This document shows, in pieces, positions 49,031 through 57,666 of a stretch of 64,000 bases of DNA. The translations under genes and the position numbers were made by a program. Location: positions 67,096 to 131,095 of the forward strand of contig JAHJBC010000010.1 in assembly GCA_018813765.1 (NCBI GenBank). Reading direction: 5' to 3'. Each line of letters opens with the position of its first letter. Position 1 is the stretch's first letter. Below the pieces are notes generated by a model that worked only from the letters and a program-made list of their open reading frames with translations, had not been told where the DNA came from and ran no database searches. The stretch comes from Gammaproteobacteria bacterium (GTDB taxonomy: Bacteria > Pseudomonadota > Gammaproteobacteria > Burkholderiales > Gallionellaceae).

Positions 49031-49048
49031 AAAAAAAGGTTTTGACGT

Positions 49049-50506
49049 TTAACCCAACAAAGCCGCCGCCTGCCTGTACCAGTCCGCCAGATACGGTGGC
49101 ATATACAGGCCCAGCATCAGCACCAGCAGCAGGTGGACGAACACCGGCACCAGCGCGGGCGGATGCGGCAGTGGTTTGGCGGTGGTTTCGCCGAACACGA
49201 TGGGTTGCATCTTGCCGAAGATGGCGGCGAAGGCGACGCCGAGCGAGACCAGCAGGATGGGCGTGGCCCACGGATATTCGTGCATGGCGGTGGTGATGAT
49301 GAGGAACTCGCTGGCGAACACGCCGAACGGCGGCATGCCGAGGATGGCGAAGGTGCCCAGCGCCAGCCCCCAGCCCACGGTGGGGCTGACCTGCAGCATG
49401 CCGCGGATGCTGTCCATCTGCTGCGTGCCGACCTTCTGCACGGCATGGCCGACGGCGAAGAAGATGGCCGACTTGGTGAGCGAATGCACGGTCATGTGCA
49501 GCATGCCGGCGAAGGTCGCCACCGGCCCGCCCATGCCGAAGGCGAAGGTGATGAGGCCCATGTGCTCGATGGAGGAATAGGCGAACATGCGCTTGATGTC
49601 CTTCTGCCGGAACAGCGAGAACGAGGCGACCAGCACCGACAGCAGGCCGAAGCCCATCATTAAATTTCCGGCGAAGTGGTTGCCCAGCGATCCGTCCACC
49701 AGCACCTTGCTGCGCACCACCGCACACAGCGCGACGTTGAGCAGCAGGCCGGAAAGCACGGCGGAAACCGGCGTCGGGCCTTCGGCGTGCGCATCCGGCA
49801 GCCAGCTGTGCAGCGGCACCAGACCGACCTTGGTGCCGTAGCCCACCAGCAGGAAGATGAACGCGAGCTTGAGCACGGTGGGTTCCAGCTCGCCCTTCAC
49901 GTCATTCAGGTGCGTCCACAGCAGCGCGGTGCCGCCCTGCCCCAGCACGCGCTCGGCGGCGAAGTACAGCAGGATGGTGCCGAACAGCGCCAGCGCGATG
50001 CCGACGCCGCAGAGGATGAAATATTTCCACGCCGCTTCCAGACTGGCCGGGGTGCGGTACAGCGACACCAGCAGCACGGTGGTCAGCGTGGCCGCTTCCA
50101 TCGCCACCCACACGATGCCCATGTTGTTGGTGGTGAGCGCGATCAGCATGGCGAAAGTAAACAACTGGTACATGCTGTAATACAGGTGCAGCATGCCGGT
50201 GGTGAGTTTGCCGTGGTGCTGCTCGATGCGCATGTAGGGGCGCGAGAACAGCGAGGTGGTGAAGGCGACGAAGGCGGTGAGCGCGACCAGAAACACGTTG
50301 AATTGGTCGATGAAGAACTGTTCGCTGAACGCGACCTGTGGGCCGGAATCGATCACGCGCACGGTCAGCACCACGGAGGCGGCGAAGGTGAGGAAGCTCA
50401 TCAGCGAGTTGAGCTCGGCCGCCCACGAGCGCGAGCCGAACACGGCCAGCAGCCCGCCGCCCAGCAGCGGGATCAACAGCAGCGCGAGGAGTTGCAGGTC
50501 AATCAT
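49049..50506 (-). CDS. NuoN/HyfF-like antiporter-type membrane subunit
   Basis: 485 aa and polytopic, with Mrp/NuoLMN-type conserved helices. Confidence 0.88.
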   Translation of the reverse strand: MIDLQLLALLLIPLLGGGLLAVFGSRSWAAELNSLMSFLTFAASVVLTVRVIDSGPQVAFSEQFFIDQFNVFLVALTAFVAFTTSLFSRPYMRIEQHHGKLTTGMLHLYYSMYQLFTFAMLIALTTNNMGIVWVAMEAATLTTVLLVSLYRTPASLEAAWKYFILCGVGIALALFGTILLYFAAERVLGQGGTALLWTHLNDVKGELEPTVLKLAFIFLLVGYGTKVGLVPLHSWLPDAHAEGPTPVSAVLSGLLLNVALCAVVRSKVLVDGSLGNHFAGNLMMGFGLLSVLVASFSLFRQKDIKRMFAYSSIEHMGLITFAFGMGGPVATFAGMLHMTVHSLTKSAIFFAVGHAVQKVGTQQMDSIRGMLQVSPTVGWGLALGTFAILGMPPFGVFASEFLIITTAMHEYPWATPILLVSLGVAFAAIFGKMQPIVFGETTAKPLPHPPALVPVFVHLLLVLMLGLYMPPYLADWYRQAAALLG

Positions 50507-51161
50507 CTTTCAGCTTCTCCATGTGACCGATGTCCAGACTGTCGAAGGTCTCGCGGATCTGGAAGAAGAAGATGCCGAAGATGAAGGTGGCGACCAGCAC
50601 GTCCAGCGCGATGCCCAGCTCCACCACCAGCGGCATGCCCTGCGTGGCGCTGGTGGCGGCGAAGAACAGGCCGTTCTCCAGCGACAGGAAGGCGACCACC
50701 TGCGTCACCGCCTTGCGCCGGGTCAGCATCATCAGCAGCGACAGCAGCACACAGGCCAGCGCGATGCCGATGAGGCCGCGCGTGATGCCTTCGGCCAGTT
50801 GCGAGATGGGCGCGGCGAGGTTGAAGGCAAAGATCACCAGCGCGATGCCGAACAGCATGGTGGTGGGGATGTTGATCAGCGTCTCCACATCCCAGCGCAC
50901 GTTGAGTTTGCGCATCAGCCGGTGCAGCAGCCAGGGCAGCAGCAACACCTTGAGCAGCAAGGTCAACCCCGCCGAGTAATACAGGTGATGCTGGTTGCTC
51001 GAATAAGCCACGATGAACGTGCTCAATGCCAGCAATGCGCCCTGCCAGGCGAACAGGTTGACCAGCGACAGGATGCGCCGCTGCGCCAGCATGGCGAAGG
51101 AAACCAGCAGCAGCAGTGCGGCGAGCAGGTTGATGAACTGGAGGGTGAACGGGATGTGCAC
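50499..51161 (-). CDS. HyfE/NuoK-like membrane subunit
   Basis: 220 aa with about 7 TM helices. Overlaps the downstream gene by 8 nt. Confidence 0.8.
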   Translation of the reverse strand: MHIPFTLQFINLLAALLLLVSFAMLAQRRILSLVNLFAWQGALLALSTFIVAYSSNQHHLYYSAGLTLLLKVLLLPWLLHRLMRKLNVRWDVETLINIPTTMLFGIALVIFAFNLAAPISQLAEGITRGLIGIALACVLLSLLMMLTRRKAVTQVVAFLSLENGLFFAATSATQGMPLVVELGIALDVLVATFIFGIFFFQIRETFDSLDIGHMEKLKDD

Positions 51162-51162
51162 C

Positions 51163-52122
51163 TTACGCCCCCAGTAGGAAGTGGATCAGCAGGCCCAGCA
51201 CGGCCAGCAGGAAGGCAGTGCCGAGGAATTCGGGCGCGCGGAAGATGCGCATCTTGGCCATCACCGTTTCCAGCACGGCCAGCCCGGCGCCCGCCAGCAT
51301 CAGTTTGAGCAACAGCAACACGATGCCCAGCGGCAGCCCCGCCCAGTGGCCAACCTCGGCGATGCCGTGCGGCACGAACAGCGCGATGCCGATGGAGATG
51401 TAGGCGAACAACTTGAGGCTGCTGGCCCATTCGATCAGCGCGAGGTGGCGCGCGGAATATTCGAGGATCATCGCCTCGTGGATCATGGTGAGTTCGAGGT
51501 GGGTGCTGGGATTATCCACCGGGATGCGCGCGTTCTCGGCCAGCAGCACGATGATGAAGGCCAGCGCGGCGAACGCGAGACTCGGATACAACACGAACTG
51601 GTGATGCGCCAGCGTCTCGACGATGCGCGGCAACTGGGTGGAGTGGCTGATCATCGAGGCGGTGAACAGCACCATCAGCAAGGCCGGTTCGGCGAGGAAG
51701 GACACCAGCATCTCGCGCCGCGCGCCGAGCGAACCAAAAGCGGTACCGATATCCATCGCGGCGAGCGAGATGAATACCCGCGCCACGGCAAACACGCCGA
51801 CCAGCGCGATCACGTCGGCAGCCTGGGAAAAGGGCAAGTCCACCGCAATGATCGGGATGATGGCCGCCGCCAGCCACATGCAGCCGAACACGATGTAGGG
51901 CGTGACGCGGAACAGCGGCGACGCGTTGTGCGCGATCACCGCGTCCTTGTGGAACAGCTTGTGCAGCACGCGATACGGTTGCAGCACGCCCGCGCCGGAG
52001 CGGTTCTGCAGCCAGGCCTGGCACTGGTTGACCCAGCCGGTGAGCAGCGGCGCCGCCAGCACCACGACCACCAGCTGCGCGAGCTGGAACAGGATGGCGA
52101 AGATGAGATCGTAGTTTTCCAT
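51163..52122 (-). CDS. NuoH/HycD-like membrane subunit
   Basis: Start at 52122 (ATGA overlap with the upstream gene) gives 319 aa (MENYDLIFAILFQ...). Motif ENARIPVDNPSTHLELTMIHEAMILEYS. Confidence 0.88.
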   Translation of the reverse strand: MENYDLIFAILFQLAQLVVVVLAAPLLTGWVNQCQAWLQNRSGAGVLQPYRVLHKLFHKDAVIAHNASPLFRVTPYIVFGCMWLAAAIIPIIAVDLPFSQAADVIALVGVFAVARVFISLAAMDIGTAFGSLGARREMLVSFLAEPALLMVLFTASMISHSTQLPRIVETLAHHQFVLYPSLAFAALAFIIVLLAENARIPVDNPSTHLELTMIHEAMILEYSARHLALIEWASSLKLFAYISIGIALFVPHGIAEVGHWAGLPLGIVLLLLKLMLAGAGLAVLETVMAKMRIFRAPEFLGTAFLLAVLGLLIHFLLGA

Positions 52123-54131
52123 CACACAAACACCAGCAAGACGATCAACGTGACGAAGGTATAGGTCAGGTACAGGTGGATACGCCCGTGCTGCAGCAGC
52201 GATGCCGCCGACGAGAGTTTGGCGGCCGCCTGCTTGACCGGCTCGTACAGGATGTACCACAGGCGGTCGTCGCTGCGGCCGTGGTAGCGCGGGTGTGTAT
52301 CGAACGGGCTGGGCACTTCGCGTTCGATCAGGAAGAACGGTTCGAAGATGCGCCGTATCGGCTGGCCGAATCCTTCGGCGGTGTCCTGCATGCGTGCGGT
52401 CTGCGCGGGGAAGCCGCAGTCCCACGGGTCGCTGCGGCGCACGCGGCCGTGGTACAGGCGGCGCACCAACAGGCTGGTCAGCAGCATCACGCCCAGTACC
52501 GCGAGCAGGAAATAGAGCGGGCTGTAGCTGGCGCGTTCGGTATCCACCGGCGCGAGGAACACCCAGTTGCCGGCGGCGTTGCCCAGTTGCGTCCCCAACA
52601 GCATCTGCGACACATGGTCCAGTTGACCCAACACGAACACCGGCGCCAGACCCAGCACCACGCAAAGCAGCGCGAGCCAGCCCATGCCGATGCGCTCCCA
52701 CGTGCCTGCGTCATGCGCATGCTCCAGCGCCGCTTCGCGCGGCTGGCCGAGGAAGATGACGCCGTAGAACTTCACCATCACATAGGCGGCCAGTGCCGCG
52801 GCCAGGGCGATCACCGCGGCCGCCACCGGCACCAGCATGTTGATGTAACTGTTGGGCAGGCCGGGCGACAACAGGAAAGCCTGCAACATCATCCATTCGG
52901 AGACGAAGCCGTTGAGCGGCGGCAGGCCGGAGATGGCGAGCACGCCGACCAGCATCAGCATCGCCGCCCAGGGCATGCGGCGGATCAGTCCGCCCAGCCG
53001 TCCCATGTTGCGTTCGCCGGTGGCGTGCAGGATGGAACCGGTGCCGATGAACAGCAGGCTCTTGAACATGGCGTGGTTGAGGCTGTGGTACAGCGTCGCG
53101 GTGAGAGACAGCGCGGCCAGCGCGTCCTTGTCGTAGACGTGGAAGATGAGGGTGAGGCCGATGCCGACCAGCAGCAGGCCGATGTTCTCGATGGAGGAAT
53201 AGGCCAGCAGGCGTTTCATGTCGCCCTGCACGGCGGCGAACATCACGCCGAACACGGCGGTGAGCAACCCCAGCCCCAGCGCCAGCACGCCCCACCACCA
53301 CAGTTGCGTGTCGAGCAGGTCGAAGGTGACGCGTAGCAATCCGTAGATCGCGGTCTTCAGCATCACGCCGCTCATCAGGGCGGAGACCGGCGAGGGCGCG
53401 GCGGGGTGCGCTTCGGGCAGCCAGACATGCATGGGCAGTACGCCCGCCTTGGCGCCGAAACCGAACAGCGCCAGCAGGAAGGCGACCGAGGACCAGAACG
53501 GATCGAGGTGCGCGCCACGCATCGCGTCGAAGGTGTAGGCGTCGATGCCGTTGCCGCCCTGCATCACGCCGAAGCTGAGCAGGATGGCGATGGCGCCGAC
53601 ATGCGCGATCAGCAGATAGAGGAATCCCGCCTTGCGGATGTCGGGGATGCTGTGGTCGGTGGTGACGAGGAAATAGGAAGACAGCGCCATGGTCTCCCAC
53701 GCCACCATGAACATGTAGGCGTCGTCGGCCAGCAGCACCAGTGTCATGCCAACCAGAAACAGGTGATATTCCAGACACAGCAAGCCGAGCATACCGCCCG
53801 CCATGGTTTTGAAGTAGCCAGCGCTATAGAGCGATACCCCGAACGAGGCGCCGCCCAGCAGGATCAGGAAGAAGGCGGAAAGCGAGTCGAGGCGCAGATG
53901 GAAGGGCAGGTCGGGCAGGCCCAGCGGCAGCACCATGACGGTGGCAGGGGATGCCAGCGCCCACAGGCCGACAGCCGCCAGCAGCAGCGAGGTCAGCGCG
54001 CTGAGCGGGAAAACGATGTTGTTGAGTTGCTGCGGCGCGCGTTGCAGGAACATCCCGGCCACCCCGAGCACGATCCAGAACTGAACCAGCCAACCCACCA
54101 CATCCAGCGGTAATATCCCGACAGCGTCCAT
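52122..54131 (-). CDS. NuoL/HyfB-like antiporter-type membrane subunit
   Basis: 669 aa and polytopic. First gene of the six-gene operon. Confidence 0.9.
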   Translation of the reverse strand: MDAVGILPLDVVGWLVQFWIVLGVAGMFLQRAPQQLNNIVFPLSALTSLLLAAVGLWALASPATVMVLPLGLPDLPFHLRLDSLSAFFLILLGGASFGVSLYSAGYFKTMAGGMLGLLCLEYHLFLVGMTLVLLADDAYMFMVAWETMALSSYFLVTTDHSIPDIRKAGFLYLLIAHVGAIAILLSFGVMQGGNGIDAYTFDAMRGAHLDPFWSSVAFLLALFGFGAKAGVLPMHVWLPEAHPAAPSPVSALMSGVMLKTAIYGLLRVTFDLLDTQLWWWGVLALGLGLLTAVFGVMFAAVQGDMKRLLAYSSIENIGLLLVGIGLTLIFHVYDKDALAALSLTATLYHSLNHAMFKSLLFIGTGSILHATGERNMGRLGGLIRRMPWAAMLMLVGVLAISGLPPLNGFVSEWMMLQAFLLSPGLPNSYINMLVPVAAAVIALAAALAAYVMVKFYGVIFLGQPREAALEHAHDAGTWERIGMGWLALLCVVLGLAPVFVLGQLDHVSQMLLGTQLGNAAGNWVFLAPVDTERASYSPLYFLLAVLGVMLLTSLLVRRLYHGRVRRSDPWDCGFPAQTARMQDTAEGFGQPIRRIFEPFFLIEREVPSPFDTHPRYHGRSDDRLWYILYEPVKQAAAKLSSAASLLQHGRIHLYLTYTFVTLIVLLVFV

Positions 54132-54256
54132 CCGGCGTTACTTGTACACCCCTCGATTGAATGCCTACATTGCAGGCAGCCGGATTCTACTCCGCCGGTC
54201 GGGGGCTATTCAAGAAACGTACTCGATATTGCGGCCTGTGCGGTCGGGCGGCATTT

Positions 54257-55795
54257 TCAGCGCAGTATCTCCACCACGCGGCTGGGCTTCAGGTTTGCAT
54301 AGGAGGGCATCGCCATGCCGACCGTCGCACCGATGTAGGTCGGGTCCGCGACAACGTAACGCCGCCCCTGAAAGTCCACCGTCGCGAACCCCGCTTTCAC
54401 CCGTTTGAGCGCCACGGCCGTGGTCATATGCCCGGGGAACAGCAGGCCGACCGCCTTGATGCCGAGCAGTTCATGCGCCAGCCAGGCGAACAGCACCGAG
54501 CGGTCTTCGCAGTCGTTGTAGGGAAAGAACAGGGATTCTTCGACGAAGAAATATTTTTCATAGCCGAACTGGTCCGCGTCGGTCTTGTAGGCGAATGCCT
54601 TTTGCACAAAGGCGAGCAGGAAATTCACCGTCTCCTCTTCGTCCATTTTCGCGGTAAGTTTCTTCAGGTCCGCCAGCAGGCTGGCGCGTATCAGCGCGCT
54701 GCCGTCGGTATCGAAATACAGCTCGAATTCAGACTGCGGAAACGAGCCCATGTATTCCACCAAGCGGCGGTCGTAGGGCACGTTCAAGGCGATCGCCTCG
54801 CCCCGGTAATCGAAACTCAAGGCGCGCTGCGCCGGCACCGTGCGCGTGAAACCGGTCGCGGCAGACTGGATGTCGAGCGGCTTCAGCTTGTTCGGATAGC
54901 TGGCTTCATAGGTATAAAAACTGCGTATGCATTTGCCGCGATCCTCGTCCAGCACCGCGTAGTAAGTCTGGCTCCCGACCGACGTGAACTTGGTCGAATA
55001 CACCTGCTGCTTGACGGCCACGAACAGATGCACGTCCGCACCCGAATAGCCGAGGCGAACGTCGTAGCCGGACTTGACCAGGAAATACCACAGCAGCAGA
55101 TTTTGCTCCGCCCTGCGTTCCGGCTGCAAGGCCTGCACGACACTGCGCCACAGCGTCACATGCCCCCAGTCGTCCAGCTTCAGTGTGCGTCGCGCTTCGT
55201 TGACCGCCTGTATCGTCGACTCATACCGGCTACCGCTCATCGTCCCCCAGAATGCGCTCATCGCCTCCGGCTTGGCCGCGCCGGACAGACGATACGTTTT
55301 CCACAGCGGGTCGAATACGAAGCGCACCGGGTTGCCGTAAAAGGCCAGTTCGACCGTGTTCGCAGCCACCGGCAGCGACTTCGGTTGCGGGGGAGGCGGA
55401 GGTGGCGTCAATACAGGCTGAACGATGGGAGCGACCGGCACAGGGGGAGGTAATGCGGCAGGCGGCGCGTCGGGCCGTGGTGGTTTGGCGATTGGCCGTG
55501 TCGGCGCGACGGGCACCACCATCGGCACTTGCCTGGGCTTGGGTTCCTTGATGCGGACCTTGCCCTGGAATGTCTCGAATTCGCGCCACTGGCTTTTCAG
55601 GTATTCCGCGAATTCGCCATCCTGCTGTTCCTTGTATGCTTGGAATTCGGCTTTATGCTGCTGCACTTCCTGCTGCTGACGCTCCCGGAAGGATTTGAAA
55701 TCATCTGCGGCGGCGCAGGGCCCACCTGCACAAGCCGCCACGACCGCGAGCAACACGGACTTGGAGGGCAGTCTCATTCCGTACGGGTGGCTCAC
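54257..55795 (-). CDS. secreted protein with coiled-coil, Pro-rich linker and transglutaminase-like Cys-His-Asp domain
   Basis: 512-aa ORF with a GTG start at 55795 (alternative ATG at 55777). Signal peptide. PPPP-rich linker. C-terminal YNDCEDRSVLFAWL, FPGHMTTAV and VVADPTY. Confidence 0.7.
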   Translation of the reverse strand: MSHPYGMRLPSKSVLLAVVAACAGGPCAAADDFKSFRERQQQEVQQHKAEFQAYKEQQDGEFAEYLKSQWREFETFQGKVRIKEPKPRQVPMVVPVAPTRPIAKPPRPDAPPAALPPPVPVAPIVQPVLTPPPPPPQPKSLPVAANTVELAFYGNPVRFVFDPLWKTYRLSGAAKPEAMSAFWGTMSGSRYESTIQAVNEARRTLKLDDWGHVTLWRSVVQALQPERRAEQNLLLWYFLVKSGYDVRLGYSGADVHLFVAVKQQVYSTKFTSVGSQTYYAVLDEDRGKCIRSFYTYEASYPNKLKPLDIQSAATGFTRTVPAQRALSFDYRGEAIALNVPYDRRLVEYMGSFPQSEFELYFDTDGSALIRASLLADLKKLTAKMDEEETVNFLLAFVQKAFAYKTDADQFGYEKYFFVEESLFFPYNDCEDRSVLFAWLAHELLGIKAVGLLFPGHMTTAVALKRVKAGFATVDFQGRRYVVADPTYIGATVGMAMPSYANLKPSRVVEILR

Positions 55796-55819
55796 GGATA
55801 TTTCGGGCAGGTTCGACCT

Positions 55820-55987
55820 CTACTTCTTCTCGGCTTCGGATTTCTGTTTCGCCACATCGGCAGCCATTTCTTCCTGGCTTTTTTTCGCGCGGTATTGCTG
55901 CCAATCGTCCTTGTCCTTGGTGCTGGAACAACCCGAAGCGGCGAACACAATCCCGGCAGACAGCAACACTAGCAAAGCTTTATTCAT
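55820..55987 (-). CDS. small lipoprotein
   Basis: ATG at 55987 preceded by GGAGG. 55 aa. N-terminus MNKALLVLLSAGIVFAASGC with a lipobox. The mature part resembles the C-terminus of the neighbouring LPP20-like protein. Confidence 0.65.
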   Translation of the reverse strand: MNKALLVLLSAGIVFAASGCSSTKDKDDWQQYRAKKSQEEMAADVAKQKSEAEKK

Positions 55988-56107
55988 GATGACCTCCAGT
56001 CGATATCGAAAACAATTCTGCAAACATTCCGGCGCCGTGCGAACACGCCGCCAGGTTTCGGCGGTCGGCGCAGGCTTTGACCCGCACCGGCAGCCGTTTG
56101 TGCGGGG

Positions 56108-56743
56108 TCAGTTCTTGGGCTTGTCTGCTTCGGGGACAGCCGCCGCCGGCTCGACTTTCTGCCTGGCGATATCGGCAGCCAGTTCGTCCTGTCCCTTTTG
56201 GGCGCGGAACTGCTGCCAGGCCGCCTTGTCGTTATTCTGGCTGGTCTTGATCGCCGCTTCGGTGATCTGCTGCGCGCTGGCTTCGTCCAGTCCGACGAGG
56301 ACATACAGCGTTCCGTCGGGGCCGGTCGCACTTCTCAGCAAGCGGGTTCCAACCAGCGTTTCATTGGTAATCTGCTTGGTCACCGAGCTGTTGACCTGGT
56401 CGACCGTGGCCTGGTCGGCAGCGCCTGTCGTTTCGGCGTACTGCTTGATCATGTTGGTCACCTGGATGCGCATCATCTGGGCCAGTTGCACGCGCGCGTC
56501 GGCTGCGGCCATCTGTTTCACGAAGGAGATACCCGCCTGCGATTTCGGTGCCGAGCCCACCGCCGTCACCGCGCTACCCGCGACGGGCTCGTCGCACACC
56601 CAACCCGGCGCCGCTTCCCTCGAGTTCGGGAACATGCAGGACGCCACTGCGGCTACCGGCTCCACCTTGGCGGGAGCGCTGGCGCAACCTGCCAGACCGA
56701 TCAAAGTTACCGCAGAAAGCGTGACGAAAAGTATGTTGCGCAT
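56108..56743 (-). CDS. LPP20-family lipoprotein
   Basis: 211 aa. Lipobox LAGC. LPP20-like core (PGWVCDEP, AVGSA, ARVQLAQMM, TLYVLVGL). Confidence 0.8.
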   Translation of the reverse strand: MRNILFVTLSAVTLIGLAGCASAPAKVEPVAAVASCMFPNSREAAPGWVCDEPVAGSAVTAVGSAPKSQAGISFVKQMAAADARVQLAQMMRIQVTNMIKQYAETTGAADQATVDQVNSSVTKQITNETLVGTRLLRSATGPDGTLYVLVGLDEASAQQITEAAIKTSQNNDKAAWQQFRAQKGQDELAADIARQKVEPAAAVPEADKPKN

Positions 56744-56864
56744 GAAATTCCTCCTTAGTTAAATGACACCCACAAATACTGGCACGACATTCGCGCCATC
56801 GAACCCTCAATCCATCCACCGGCAATCGTGTCTTGCCGATACTGCGTTGCCGCAAAGCGCGCGA

Positions 56865-57635
56865 TCAGTCGTGCACTTCCTTGAGCCACTCCGCCGCATA
56901 GTTCTCCAGGCTTTCCATGTCCTTGCCGGACTCCTCGCTCAACGCGCGCTCGGTCACCACATTGCCGTCGAAGGAAGCCATCCTGTCGGCACCCAGCGCG
57001 AATTCGCGCTTGAATTCGATGAACTCCCGTTGCGTTTTTGCCTTGTACTCGGAGAAGCTGCGCTTCTCTTCGGCGATGGCGTCGCTCGCTTCTTTCTTGA
57101 ATGCCTCGAATTCGTCTTCCACTTCCTGCCGGTGTATCTCGTACGCCTCGCCCGGACTCGTCACGCTCAGCAGGCCCTTGCGCATCCCGACCTCCTTGCG
57201 CTCCGGCAGGTCGACAACCAGAAAGCGGGTGCCGCGCACACCCATGACCGCCGTGGTGGTTCTGACGCCCACGCCGCGCCGCGAACCCTGTATCGTATTC
57301 AGCGCGTAATAAATCATCCCCGTTACATGGCGAAATAACCCCGCATAATCGCCGGACTTGTCGATCTCTATCTTGCTGTTCTTCTCGACCACGATCAACC
57401 CGACATCGCCGACCTTGACCACCGCGCGGCCGTTCGGCCCGGTGACCAGATAGTGGCGCGCGGGTAGCACGCTCCTGGTGAAAACCTTGCGCTCCGGCTG
57501 GTCCTGCTGGGTGATCGCAACATCGCCCTGCGCCTTGACGACCTCTATCGCATCGTCGGCCCAACATCCGCCAGTGATCAAGCTGCCGAGCAGGCCTGCC
57601 GCAAGAATCAGCATCGCCCTCTGAATACGCATCAT
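56865..57635 (-). CDS. FecR-domain periplasmic protein with C-terminal coiled coil
   Basis: 256 aa with a signal peptide. FecR-like beta-rich region (GDVAITQQD, GRAVVKVGD, TAVMGVRGTRFLV). Confidence 0.75.
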   Translation of the reverse strand: MMRIQRAMLILAAGLLGSLITGGCWADDAIEVVKAQGDVAITQQDQPERKVFTRSVLPARHYLVTGPNGRAVVKVGDVGLIVVEKNSKIEIDKSGDYAGLFRHVTGMIYYALNTIQGSRRGVGVRTTTAVMGVRGTRFLVVDLPERKEVGMRKGLLSVTSPGEAYEIHRQEVEDEFEAFKKEASDAIAEEKRSFSEYKAKTQREFIEFKREFALGADRMASFDGNVVTERALSEESGKDMESLENYAAEWLKEVHD

Positions 57636-57666
57636 GCCTCCGTATGTGTCTTGTCCATAACAGCCG

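Noticed and set aside
52123-52701. N-terminal extension of the NuoH-like ORF (512-aa track entry); the same applies to 4928-5254 (dihaem c), 11957-12127 (ybgC), 8321-8395 (pal) and 25028-25117 (response regulator)
   Set aside because: The extensions overlap the upstream gene and lack protein-like composition. The internal starts give proper signal peptides or family-typical N-termini, and often ATGA-type coupling.
46633-54131. Calling the operon hydrogenase-4 / formate hydrogenlyase (hyfBCEFG-hycG)
   Set aside because: The large subunit has no CxxC motif at either [NiFe] ligand position (RVSGDS and NLSYSGQDL instead). No HycF-like, Hyp, protease or formate dehydrogenase genes are present. 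An Ehr-type assignment fits better.
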